From positions 1 through 64,000 of the IMG/VR virus record IMGVR_UViG_3300021431_000081: 64,000 nt of DNA. The stretch is one strand, 5' to 3'. Shown here piece after piece: positions 35,355-46,024 of the stretch (position 1 is the first letter of the stretch; each line of letters starts with the position of its first letter). The notes under the pieces were generated by a model. It did no database searches, was not told where the DNA came from, and saw nothing but the letters and a program-made list of their open reading frames with translations. The translations under genes and the position numbers were made by a program. The stretch comes from a virus (Duplodnaviria > Caudoviricetes).

Positions 35355-38300
35355 TTATCCCCTGTTCATAAGAGTTTTCAGTTGCTCTTTTAATTGTTTG
35401 TTCTCTTGAGATAATTCTTGAATTGCTTTTAACATGTACATCTGAAGACTGTAAGAGTCAATACATTTAGCATTCATCTCTCCATCATCGAGATAACCAC
35501 CACCGCTTACTAAATCTTCATCAACTTTTTCTAACTCATCAGCGATTAAACCAACTTTTTGATGCTTGTGATCTGCTTTCCAGTCATACTCACGAAGACG
35601 CATTTTGTTAACTGCATCTAGGCCATTTACTTTAGTGTCCTTGATATTCTCTTTTAATCTTACGTCTGATCTTGCCTGTACAGTAGCTTTTACTGTATAC
35701 GGGAAATCAATATAAGAGGAATCACCATTAGGAGTGAAGTCAAAAATATTATGACCTAAATCAGGAGCATATAATGAACAATGTCCATTTGTATTTGCAC
35801 AAAGACGATAACCTGCTGCATTGTTTTGAAGTAATACACTAGCTCTGGTACTATTTGTTGTACGACCAGAAATTAGATCACCACCATCAGTAACAATATT
35901 GCCAGTTGCTTCAATATAACCAGTAGCGATCACATCAGTAGGTCCGAGACAACAATCAACCAGTAATCTACCAGTTATTTCTGCATTAGTGGTTTGAGTA
36001 TAACTACTCTTAGCATATCTCCATACATAGTGAGATGCCGTGTTGTCATGTAATGCAAAATCACCGTTTACAGTATTTACTAATTCATAGTTATTGAAAC
36101 TATTGGAGAATGTAACGTGCGATTTCTCAGTAGAAGTTGAGAAACCAACAGTAAGGTCTGCATTAGCATAAACCATACCAGTAATTGTGCCACCACCTTT
36201 TTGTAAGTAATTATCGCTAATAATAGTGGAGTAGTTACTTTCATCCAATACCCGTCTCCATGCTTGCCATGTGCCATTGTTCTTTCCACGTAACGAGATC
36301 TGTCCTGTACGGTAATCTCCAAATATCTCATGTTGCCAACTGGAACTATAGAACTGTGTATATAACGCACCATCAGTATGTTGATAGTTCCAATCGTCTG
36401 CTGCAAGGCTGCTTACATAACCTATGGCATTAGTAGATACACTTGCGATACCAAGATTGGTTGATGTTGTTACCTTAAAATTGGTTATAGCGTCTGCTGT
36501 ACCCTTAAAGGATGCTGAAGAATCAGTGATGGAAACGATCAAACCTTTCTTACTATCGTATATACCACGAGCGCCTGAAGTGTTGTTTCCGTACATATAG
36601 AACCATCTGGCAGTATCTTCCGTAGTATAACCTACAGCAAGTTGCACTTCACCCGATGCTTTTCTAACAGATATACTACCAGTAACAGCTGAAGAACCAG
36701 TCAGAGGAATATATACCTGATCTGTCTTACCTTTAATGTAGTTATACAAAGCACTCACTGGACGTCTGTGATAAGTTGTGGTAGTTGTACCACCACCTAC
36801 GTATTGAGAGATATAGTAATCTGCATCAACTGGATTGGAAGAACCAGTATCCAATGCATTTAAGAACGCATTGGCTGCATTCTTAGCACTTGTCTGACCA
36901 GTACCACCTTTACCTACTCCTAATGTACCTTCAATCTCCGTAAATGCGGGTGGATTACTTTCATCATATATCTTTCTCCAGTCACCCCAATCATTGGTAG
37001 TACGTCCAGAACGGACATAGAGCGGAGTTGTACGCTGATCATTATTATGTGCAGTTCCCGCCAGTTCCCATGAACTATAATCGCCTGTCCAACCTTTTAT
37101 ATGCATAATAGAATACCAAATACCTGTTGTTGGCATGGTAATATCATCAGTTGAGTTTGACATAGCAAAATAGAAGTTTGCACCTTGATCAAAATCACCG
37201 GGCAATACTTTATAACTTCTCAAATCATGTACATGAATTGATCCGTTAGGCTTAGTGCTGTTATTCGCTGACACACCTGCATATAACTGACCGTTGGAAT
37301 ATATATTACCATTCGAATGTATCTGGCCTGATACCTTAAGCGTTTTACTCACTGTTAAATCAGCGGTACCTGCAGTAAGTCTTACATCATAATCAGCGGT
37401 AGAAGTATCTGTCGCATGAAAATCAATATACTTACCGATATCCATAACACCATCACTACTAACATAAGGCACACCTTGAAACCATGCTCCCGATTTGGGC
37501 TGATTAACAGCAGTGATCACGCCTAAATTTGTCATATAAACAGGAGTATTTGTATCACCAACAGCAGTGCTTGCAGCACCATGTGCTACCATCTGCCAAT
37601 CCTGCCATTCTGTTTGACTCGAAGTTCTATAGAACATTCTGTTCGTATTATTACCACCATGATGTATATAGATCTGACTGGCATAATCAGGTGTAGTATT
37701 ACCACTTAACTTTCTATACGACATAGTAAGTATCTGACCATAGCCATAACTATTCGGCGCATTAGTTAATTTACCGCCTGTAATGTTATATATACCAGTA
37801 TCATAGAAGGTATTGGCATCTACAGCACCACCATAGCTAAATGCACTTACAACATCATGATCTAATGCAGTTACACGGCCATTAGCTGCTAAGTATACAG
37901 GTTTTGTTGCACTACCAACAGCACTTACACCTGCAGCAGTAACGGCATAACCGCTACCTGCATAGTTCGGAATATAGAAGTAGTTACTGTTGCCTGTACC
38001 GTAAGCAGCAATTTGGGTAGTGCTACTACCTGATGTATATAAACCAATCCAACCTTGAGAATTACCCGCCGTTCCAGAAGCCGTACTATTACCTATCCAC
38101 AGTTCCGTCCATTGAGTACCACTGTTACTGCTAGATACATTACTGGTCACACTAAGAGAATTGTGATAACGAGCATTTACTGTACCACTATTAGATGAAC
38201 GATCCTGTTGGAAGAGGAGATAGTTACGAGATGAAGGTACAGTAACACTTGCAGTAAAGGTTGTAGCATTGGTTGCGGTCTCTGCATTGCCATATAAAGT

Positions 38301-41300
38301 GACATTATTACTATCATCAATACCAATTACGGTTTTGCCAGTTCCTGCTGAGTTAGTAGTATATATGCCCCTAGTATTACTGGGACTAGCGTATAAATAC
38401 AGAGAACTCTTAGCAGTGCTATTATGTGTAACCAACAAACGAGCCTGTGCAGTATGCCCATATACATCAATAGCACCATTGGTAATATTGGTATAGTTCG
38501 TTGTTGTACTATTTGTACCAGACATAATAGTGCCATCACATTGTATGAGAGTATTACCATACATCCGTGTAGCATATACGTTCTCAGTTGCCATACCTTT
38601 ATTTTTAATCTCAAGGATGGCTGCAACTGTAGCATCAGCATCATCACCTGTTAATGGCGTTTCAGGATTGTAGGTTTCGATAGCTCCACGGCCTATGAAT
38701 GAGAAACGCTGTTTTCCCATGTATTGGTTACTTGCATATTCATTGTTTTGATATACGTCAACATAGTATTCGCCTGAAGTACCTACTAATCTAATTTGTT
38801 TGATTATAGCATTTAATAAAGCTGAAGTTTGTGTAATGGTAGCAAGAGTATTCATGGTAGTTAATTCAAACGTACCAACACTAGGCGCTCCTGTATTATA
38901 ACTACCAGTAGCATACATGGTAAAGTTAGCATAACCACCACCCTCTGCATTGGTTAAACCACTAATTTTTGCTATTCTATACCAACCTACTGCTTTACCA
39001 GATCCTGTAGGCATACTCGCTTCTGCAATATTCAATACATCCAACTTCTCTTTATCTGATGCACTCATAAGACCACCAGATACTGGTGTGGCTTCATGTA
39101 TAACAAATTCTCGTACTTTACCATCCTTGTACCAGTACATCGGTAATGTATTACTAAAATCAATTTGATAAGTATTAAGTGCATAACCAATCTTTATGTA
39201 TATCTTATTATCTTCTGAAGTAGGATAATCCTGTGTCCACCATGTGTTATCTAATGTAAATGTATTAGTGGCATCATTATAAGTACCTACAATGAATATA
39301 GGTTTATTAGCGGTTAATGTCGTTCCACAGTTAGTGGAATATCTAAAATCTATTGCTATTGCATGACTGGTAACAATATTTGCACCATTTATTTGGCCTG
39401 AGTTATAATTGCTACCAGTAGACATATAATAAATATTGCCTAACTTAAAACTAGCAGTATTCTTTGCTTTATTAGTAGCTGTACCGTGAGTAGTAGTAAA
39501 GCTTTGCCATTTACCAGTATCATCTTCCATAACTAAGCTATACTGCTTCATACCATTAGCACCTGCAGTAAGATAGGTATAGTAGTCTCTTACAGTATAA
39601 GTATCGTTCGCATCACTGGACTCTTGCAAACCGTTATCTGCACCATTGATTTCACTTAAGCCTAAGTAGTTGGTAGAACCAGTACCAGGTACAGATGCAT
39701 ATTTAACAGCTTCGTCCCATAATTCACATTCACAATTTTCTGTTTCCAGTAACTCAATAGTAAATGTACGTGGATAATTAGAATCTGTAGGATTGGTTGA
39801 TGCTCTAAGGCCAAGACCAATAAGATGTCCATAAGTAGATACGCCTGTCTGTGTTGCTCTGTATAAGTTATGGAAATAATAACATCTTCGAATACTACTT
39901 CCCTCATAGGAGTGGGCATTAAAGATTTTATTGGTTGACAGTGAACCTTGATAACCCCATATTTCAACGTCAGAATAACTATCATAGTAATTCTTTCCCG
40001 GAACCCAACAATGGATTCTATATCTTATTTTCCACATAACGTAATACGTGGTAGGTTTCACTGTCATGAAGTAAAAGGATGCATTGGCAGCATCATTAGC
40101 TGATCCGTAAAGTCCTGTGTAGGTTTTACTTGCTATGGGGCTAATGTCTGAATTGGTTAAAGTGGTTACCTTTAACGTACCATCAGAATCCATATATACA
40201 GGTTGAGAGGTTGAACCTGTTTTGCCTTGTGCGTGGGCAACGGTTTCCCAATCTCTCCAATTTACACCATTATTTTGCGGATGCGTCCTAAAGTATAAGC
40301 TATTAGCACCTGTTGGTATAGCAATCTGACTTGCCCATTGACCGCTATTATCCCAATCCATATGAAGGATATGTGCATCATTAGGCGGTTTACCTTCCGT
40401 CATGGCTGAAGTAGCTAAGAACGTTCTCAATCCTGCTTTATTATTACTTATAATATTTGCACTGGTAGGTCTGCCTGATGGATCTGGTGATAAGTATGCA
40501 GCTGACGTTGCTGATGTTGCTGTACTTGCATTACCGTTTAGAGTACCAGTGATTGTATAACTGCCTGTAATGGTTTTAGCATAAGGATCGATTACTAATG
40601 GTGTACCTGCCCCTGTTTTGGTTGTGCCATCAGCCGATGCAATGCCAAATATCCTGAGAGTACTATTATATTGGTCAAGAGCAATACCTGCTTGAGTGGT
40701 ATTAGCGGTTGATGCCATGAGTTGTAATTGTCCACCTTCACCTGATGCAGGTCTAAGACTAAGTCCTCCGGTCATCGTACCGCCTGTTAACGGTAATGCG
40801 TAAGAATGGTAATTTCCACTATGCAATACGATTTTATTATTATCAGTACCCGCAGTACCTAATGTCCTGTCAGGTGTAAAATATAAAACTCCATTTTTTG
40901 CCCAAACACTATCAACTGTAGTCGAAGTGTGATAGAAATTAATACCTTCTCTGGCATCATCTGCCAAGTCTGAAGTAAATATAGCATTCACACCAATGAT
41001 ATTTGAGTTTTGGAGATTAAGAGCATATGTACCTGCTGTTTTTGCTATTGCTCCTTCATCACCAGTTTGATTAGGGTATAAGTTCAAGACACCCGTCATA
41101 GTACCGCCTGATTTGGCGATGGCGTAAGAAGAGTAATTTTGGCTATCTAAAATATCCTGATATTGGAACGTATAACTCCATGAATGGAACTTCCAATAAA
41201 TATTGCTACCATGTCTCCAAGTACCAAATGCATATTTGGGTAAGCCAGTATTGGCATCTACGACAGATGTATTATAAATATATACTTCATAATATCCCTG

Positions 41301-44300
41301 TGAATTCGGACCTATACTACCTCTAAAAATAGCATCTGATTTACTAGGATATTCAATACAAATTTTCTTCAGTAATACCTTTAACCATTCATCATCACCC
41401 ATAGATGTTGTTAAATTAGTCTCTGGATCATCTACCTTCGTATCAGCAGTAGTTACTAAACCTGGTTTACAGAGTATTACAGCAGGATTGCCACCATTGG
41501 TTGTTCTAAACTCCCCTGCCATAATAATAGGTGCTTTCACGCTCACTGGGAATGTAGTAGCACCTGTACTAGGAGCCATTAACTCTATCTCTCTATAATT
41601 TAATCCACTATTAGTACCCGGTTTATTGGTTAACGGGATCTTATAATTCGCAGAGGTATATTGCCGTATATAAATACCTTCATCACCGTCATCACCTACT
41701 GCTAACTCTACAGCACCTTTGTTATTCGCTGTCTGATAACCCCTGAGTACCCAAGCATCATTTGCTCCATTAATACCACCAATACCTCTCCAGTCACCTG
41801 TTGTATTACCTGTATTGGCAAAGATGAGATTGCCCGTAATACCATTGGCGAGTGAGAAGGATGATGTGTTAGGATTGGAGATAGTAGATCCCGAATATGG
41901 GATATAAGTATCTGTTAAGTAAGATGTAAAGTTACCAGAGTGTAAGCCATAGTACATGGTAGCTGTTTGATAAGTTTCTGGTAAGGTGTCAACGAAGTCT
42001 ATGGTGATATTGGAGAGATTGATATTCTTTGCAGAATCTCCTATAAGCATTCGATCAACACTTACGGTAGTATACGTTTTATTAATGTAAATATAAAAAT
42101 ATTTACCATCACTGGCGAATATTTCAATATCATCTGGTAAATAACCTAATACAGAAGCAGATAATTGAGTCCATGTATAAGATGAAGCTAGATGGTGCGC
42201 TTGAATAAACACCTTTCCACCTTGATCAGTATTAAATGTCCGTATACTAACTTCCAGATATGTCATATTATAATTTGTATGATCGGGTAGAGCGATTCGT
42301 ACATACTTCCTTGCACCAGAACCGCCAACATAAGCGCCGAGATTAAATAAGTATGAAAGATTTTCTGTAGTATTCTGATTAATACTAGCAACAGGAGTAT
42401 ACCCTAAAGCAGTAGTAACATTGCTAGCCGTTAACTCTCCACGAATAGTAGCTGATGATTTATTTTCTACATTGCCTAATCCAATACCTGCTTTGGTTAT
42501 GTTGAAGGTAGCAGTACCTGTACCATCATAAGCTACGGTATTTCCACCATTTTGTTGTAAAGTCAGTTTGGGTATAGGATTAGTTACTGTTTTGTAGGGG
42601 ACTAATATACAAGTAGTACCATCATCATCTGCAGGAATTACGGATGGATCGTCTTTCTTGATAAATTGAATTTCAGCTAATGAAGGAGTTAAGTCATTTA
42701 AGTGAACTAAACTACTATTATAAAAATCTACACGAATACTTGGATAGTAAACATGAGGAGATGATTTTAGACCAACAGCAACATAATCTACAGAGTCTAT
42801 AGCGTATTTAAACAGATAAACTTCTGGATGCCATCCACCATTATCTACAACGCCCATATTACAGAATTTAGTGCCATAAATATAAAATACAAGTCGTAAA
42901 TCAATAGGACAACCGCTATTATAAGCATTTCCAGTAATATGAATTTCTGGCATATAATGACTTGCTACCCATTTCAGTCCTGTGTATATAATAATTTCAT
43001 CTACGTTTATACTTGTATAGTCACTAACTAAATTGAAAATAGTATCTTTAGCCCGAATATAACTATTCGCCTGTAAATTCGGTGCGGTAACACTAACAGG
43101 GAATGAGGTAGATCCATCAGTATCTAACAGAATAGCAGTATTCTTTGCCGTAGTGAATGTTCCAGAATATTGTCTTGCATATATAGGCTCATTACCATCA
43201 TCTGCTGTAGCAATCTCCATCCAACCACTATTACTTGCAGTAGCACCACCTGCAATACGCCAATAATCACTACTGCCTACCGTACCTTGTATCTTACGAG
43301 TGGTTGTACCAGAATCGGAGAATAGAAGATCACCTGTGAGTGTTCCACCACTTAATGGCAGGTAAATACTATCCCCATACGACTTCGTAACGATCCTATT
43401 CCATGATCCCCATCCGTTACTGTTCTTACGTCTGGTATATATTTTACTGGCATCATCAATATCAAAGAATACCTGTTGAGCATAAGTAGTATTAACCCAA
43501 GGAATGCTCATTACAATACCATCTCTGCCTGTTATATCTGTTAACGTGGTATAGTTTGTTGCTCGTCCAAGTTTAAAGTAGTTTGTTTCATAAAAAGCAT
43601 CAACTAATGCTATGGTATTCAGTTCGGTTGATAGTTTTAGTTTTTCTTCAGAATAAGCATTACTGATAGTAGTACCTGATATAGTAATACCAGTACCTGC
43701 AGTGTAGGTAGTGTCTTGTGTGGTAAAACTATCAAGAGTTTCATCCTTGTAATTTTTATAAGTGATTGTTCTACCTGAAACGGAGAGTGATGTTACTAAC
43801 TCTTCAGGAGCAGGTGTCCAGTCTGTGGGTTCAGTGCCACGTTCTACCTTCACCCATTCAATAACAGATGTAGCATCAGATACAGATGACGGCATATGAT
43901 AAATGCGTAAATATTTATTCGAAGCATAACCAACATACCAAGTAAATGTTTTTGTATAAATCCCATTTTCATCTTGATTTTCTGCTGTTATAGCACTTCC
44001 TGGAGGTGATATACTTCCTCCAGAATTATATATACCAAAATAACTCTTGGTTGATGCTAATTGTCCCTTGATCTGAATAGTAATTGTTTCACCCTCTAAA
44101 GGTGGACGATCTCCAAAATAATAATCAGCCAGAGCATAACTGGTTGATGAAATAGTTCTGAAACTATCCTTGATTAAGTTTCTACCACCAACTTCAACAT
44201 CGCCCACTGCATTATTTACCGCATTCTGAACAAAAGCAGTGGTAGCAATCTGAGTAGAATTCGTACCCGTACTTGCAGTAGGGGCTTTTGGTGTACCTGT

Positions 44301-45899
44301 TAGTTCAACACCATCAATTTTATTTACGTGTAAAGTATTATTAACAGCATCATATGTAAAATCAGTGTCATATGCTGCTCGTTTATTATTTCCTGAATAA
44401 CTTACCCATACCGGGCGATTACCTGCACTGGTAGCTTTATCAGTAGTAAGTGAAGTAGATTCGTTTACCGTAACCGATCCATTAGCATCAACCGTAATAT
44501 CTCCACCAGATTTTATGCCACCTATAGCACTACTGGAAGCTACTGGAAGAGTGTATTTGTTAGCACCTGCTTCTATACCATCCAGTTTCTTCTTATCAGT
44601 TGCTGACATTAAACCCGCAACAGCTTGTGTAGCTTCATGGATAATATACTGTCTTACTTTACCATCCTTAAAGTGATAAATGGGATGCGTAGGGTGGAGT
44701 GATGCCTGATATACGTTTATAGACTCACCCACATACATATATAACTTGCCATCATCCTCTGTTGGTAGATCCTGGGCCAACCAAGGATCAGATAAATAGA
44801 AGAGTTCATCTGTGGGAGATATTGTACCTACTAAGTATACAGGTTTATTAATATCCAAGTTATGTTCATTACCCGCTGTAGCGTGAGTATTAAAGGAATA
44901 ACGGGTATCAACGGCATAATGGGATACAAAAAATGTACTTCCACCAGTTAAAGAATTTTCATTTATGGTTGAACCACCATTATAATATACTAATTGTTGT
45001 GGACGAAAACCATGAGTATTACGTTCTTTCACTGGATTTGAATTATAACTGGTGACAATACTTTCCCAACGTCCATCATCTGTTTTCATGATAAGAGTAT
45101 ATGGAAAAATATGATTAGGACCTGCAAAAACACGATCACTACTCATATATAATTGATTGTAAGTATTTCTGTCACCTGATATAGTCTGTCCATTTGTTAT
45201 CGCATCAAATTGACCTACACCGCCATAATTTGTAGATCCAGTACCGGGAACGTCAGCATAGGTGATCATAGTATCCCTGAATTCAAAAGTACAATTTACT
45301 AATTCAATAATTTCAATATCAATTATTCTGCTATGCGTTTCATTAGAAGGATCATAGCTACTATGAAATCTAAGACCCAATTGATGACCGTATCCATTTA
45401 GTTGTCCTGCTTGTTTTGCATAACGAAGTAAATGATGGTAATAAGGTCTATAACTGTAATTAGGTATTACATTATAAGTACGATAACTATAATAAGTATC
45501 TTTTGATCCATCAATAGTAACCTCTGAATATTCGTACCCATCAGTCACTCCATTGATCTTTGCGTTTACTCTATAAGTTATTCTCCAAGGAGCATAATAA
45601 TCAGTAGGCTTAACTACACCAAAGTATATATAACCATTGGGATCATTGTTCGCAGTTACGTATACATTCTCATAATGTTTTGACATTAAAGGTTGTATTT
45701 CGGAATAATCGTAGGAGGGTTTAATGTACGGTAAATCTTTCCAAAGATCAGTACCGTTACCAACTTTGTACCATCCATCACGTTCTCCAGTTTTGGTATA
45801 AAGTATTTCTCCACTTTTTGGCACAGTAGTTAATGCTTTCCATTGTGCTTCGGTTTTATACGCATGGAGGAATCTAGTTTTTAAAGTCGTTTCTGCCAT
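35355..45899 (-). CDS. giant mosaic tail fibre (3514 aa) with Mtd-N-like anchor and C-terminal S74 intramolecular chaperone
   Basis: N-terminal W...GE..Y...KVGNG..W.DLPY, fibre repeats, a GGRNL..DWTPAPE CBM-like module, knob domains, and SDVRLKENI...GLIADE with a terminal coiled coil. Confidence 0.88.
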   Translation of the reverse strand: MAETTLKTRFLHAYKTEAQWKALTTVPKSGEILYTKTGERDGWYKVGNGTDLWKDLPYIKPSYDYSEIQPLMSKHYENVYVTANNDPNGYIYFGVVKPTDYYAPWRITYRVNAKINGVTDGYEYSEVTIDGSKDTYYSYRTYNVIPNYSYRPYYHHLLRYAKQAGQLNGYGHQLGLRFHSSYDPSNETHSRIIDIEIIELVNCTFEFRDTMITYADVPGTGSTNYGGVGQFDAITNGQTISGDRNTYNQLYMSSDRVFAGPNHIFPYTLIMKTDDGRWESIVTSYNSNPVKERNTHGFRPQQLVYYNGGSTINENSLTGGSTFFVSHYAVDTRYSFNTHATAGNEHNLDINKPVYLVGTISPTDELFYLSDPWLAQDLPTEDDGKLYMYVGESINVYQASLHPTHPIYHFKDGKVRQYIIHEATQAVAGLMSATDKKKLDGIEAGANKYTLPVASSSAIGGIKSGGDITVDANGSVTVNESTSLTTDKATSAGNRPVWVSYSGNNKRAAYDTDFTYDAVNNTLHVNKIDGVELTGTPKAPTASTGTNSTQIATTAFVQNAVNNAVGDVEVGGRNLIKDSFRTISSTSYALADYYFGDRPPLEGETITIQIKGQLASTKSYFGIYNSGGSISPPGSAITAENQDENGIYTKTFTWYVGYASNKYLRIYHMPSSVSDATSVIEWVKVERGTEPTDWTPAPEELVTSLSVSGRTITYKNYKDETLDSFTTQDTTYTAGTGITISGTTISNAYSEEKLKLSTELNTIALVDAFYETNYFKLGRATNYTTLTDITGRDGIVMSIPWVNTTYAQQVFFDIDDASKIYTRRKNSNGWGSWNRIVTKSYGDSIYLPLSGGTLTGDLLFSDSGTTTRKIQGTVGSSDYWRIAGGATASNSGWMEIATADDGNEPIYARQYSGTFTTAKNTAILLDTDGSTSFPVSVTAPNLQANSYIRAKDTIFNLVSDYTSINVDEIIIYTGLKWVASHYMPEIHITGNAYNSGCPIDLRLVFYIYGTKFCNMGVVDNGGWHPEVYLFKYAIDSVDYVAVGLKSSPHVYYPSIRVDFYNSSLVHLNDLTPSLAEIQFIKKDDPSVIPADDDGTTCILVPYKTVTNPIPKLTLQQNGGNTVAYDGTGTATFNITKAGIGLGNVENKSSATIRGELTASNVTTALGYTPVASINQNTTENLSYLFNLGAYVGGSGARKYVRIALPDHTNYNMTYLEVSIRTFNTDQGGKVFIQAHHLASSYTWTQLSASVLGYLPDDIEIFASDGKYFYIYINKTYTTVSVDRMLIGDSAKNINLSNITIDFVDTLPETYQTATMYYGLHSGNFTSYLTDTYIPYSGSTISNPNTSSFSLANGITGNLIFANTGNTTGDWRGIGGINGANDAWVLRGYQTANNKGAVELAVGDDGDEGIYIRQYTSANYKIPLTNKPGTNSGLNYREIELMAPSTGATTFPVSVKAPIIMAGEFRTTNGGNPAVILCKPGLVTTADTKVDDPETNLTTSMGDDEWLKVLLKKICIEYPSKSDAIFRGSIGPNSQGYYEVYIYNTSVVDANTGLPKYAFGTWRHGSNIYWKFHSWSYTFQYQDILDSQNYSSYAIAKSGGTMTGVLNLYPNQTGDEGAIAKTAGTYALNLQNSNIIGVNAIFTSDLADDAREGINFYHTSTTVDSVWAKNGVLYFTPDRTLGTAGTDNNKIVLHSGNYHSYALPLTGGTMTGGLSLRPASGEGGQLQLMASTANTTQAGIALDQYNSTLRIFGIASADGTTKTGAGTPLVIDPYAKTITGSYTITGTLNGNASTATSATSAAYLSPDPSGRPTSANIISNNKAGLRTFLATSAMTEGKPPNDAHILHMDWDNSGQWASQIAIPTGANSLYFRTHPQNNGVNWRDWETVAHAQGKTGSTSQPVYMDSDGTLKVTTLTNSDISPIASKTYTGLYGSANDAANASFYFMTVKPTTYYVMWKIRYRIHCWVPGKNYYDSYSDVEIWGYQGSLSTNKIFNAHSYEGSSIRRCYYFHNLYRATQTGVSTYGHLIGLGLRASTNPTDSNYPRTFTIELLETENCECELWDEAVKYASVPGTGSTNYLGLSEINGADNGLQESSDANDTYTVRDYYTYLTAGANGMKQYSLVMEDDTGKWQSFTTTHGTATNKAKNTASFKLGNIYYMSTGSNYNSGQINGANIVTSHAIAIDFRYSTNCGTTLTANKPIFIVGTYNDATNTFTLDNTWWTQDYPTSEDNKIYIKIGYALNTYQIDFSNTLPMYWYKDGKVREFVIHEATPVSGGLMSASDKEKLDVLNIAEASMPTGSGKAVGWYRIAKISGLTNAEGGGYANFTMYATGSYNTGAPSVGTFELTTMNTLATITQTSALLNAIIKQIRLVGTSGEYYVDVYQNNEYASNQYMGKQRFSFIGRGAIETYNPETPLTGDDADATVAAILEIKNKGMATENVYATRMYGNTLIQCDGTIMSGTNSTTTNYTNITNGAIDVYGHTAQARLLVTHNSTAKSSLYLYASPSNTRGIYTTNSAGTGKTVIGIDDSNNVTLYGNAETATNATTFTASVTVPSSRNYLLFQQDRSSNSGTVNARYHNSLSVTSNVSSSNSGTQWTELWIGNSTASGTAGNSQGWIGLYTSGSSTTQIAAYGTGNSNYFYIPNYAGSGYAVTAAGVSAVGSATKPVYLAANGRVTALDHDVVSAFSYGGAVDANTFYDTGIYNITGGKLTNAPNSYGYGQILTMSYRKLSGNTTPDYASQIYIHHGGNNTNRMFYRTSSQTEWQDWQMVAHGAASTAVGDTNTPVYMTNLGVITAVNQPKSGAWFQGVPYVSSDGVMDIGKYIDFHATDTSTADYDVRLTAGTADLTVSKTLKVSGQIHSNGNIYSNGQLYAGVSANNSTKPNGSIHVHDLRSYKVLPGDFDQGANFYFAMSNSTDDITMPTTGIWYSIMHIKGWTGDYSSWELAGTAHNNDQRTTPLYVRSGRTTNDWGDWRKIYDESNPPAFTEIEGTLGVGKGGTGQTSAKNAANAFLNALDTGSSNPVDADYYISQYVGGGTTTTTYHRRPVSALYNYIKGKTDQVYIPLTGSSAVTGSISVRKASGEVQLAVGYTTEDTARWFYMYGNNTSGARGIYDSKKGLIVSITDSSASFKGTADAITNFKVTTSTNLGIASVSTNAIGYVSSLAADDWNYQHTDGALYTQFYSSSWQHEIFGDYRTGQISLRGKNNGTWQAWRRVLDESNYSTIISDNYLQKGGGTITGMVYANADLTVGFSTSTEKSHVTFSNSFNNYELVNTVNGDFALHDNTASHYVWRYAKSSYTQTTNAEITGRLLVDCCLGPTDVIATGYIEATGNIVTDGGDLISGRTTNSTRASVLLQNNAAGYRLCANTNGHCSLYAPDLGHNIFDFTPNGDSSYIDFPYTVKATVQARSDVRLKENIKDTKVNGLDAVNKMRLREYDWKADHKHQKVGLIADELEKVDEDLVSGGGYLDDGEMNAKCIDSYSLQMYMLKAIQELSQENKQLKEQLKTLMNRG

Positions 45900-45975
45900 T
45901 TCATTTGTTCCCTCCTTTTTTATTAGTTATCTGATTTATGTAATAAGAGTTGTACTCTTTAATTTTCGAAGTTAG

Positions 45976-46017
45976 CCAATAAAAATACGTGAGCATAAAC
46001 CCACGTATTTTTATTGG
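45976..46017 (-). terminator. 16-bp perfect inverted repeat (terminator/processing hairpin) between two fibre genes
   Basis: CCAATAAAAATACGTG, 10-nt loop, CACGTATTTTTATTGG. Confidence 0.75.
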
Positions 46018-46024
46018 AATATAT

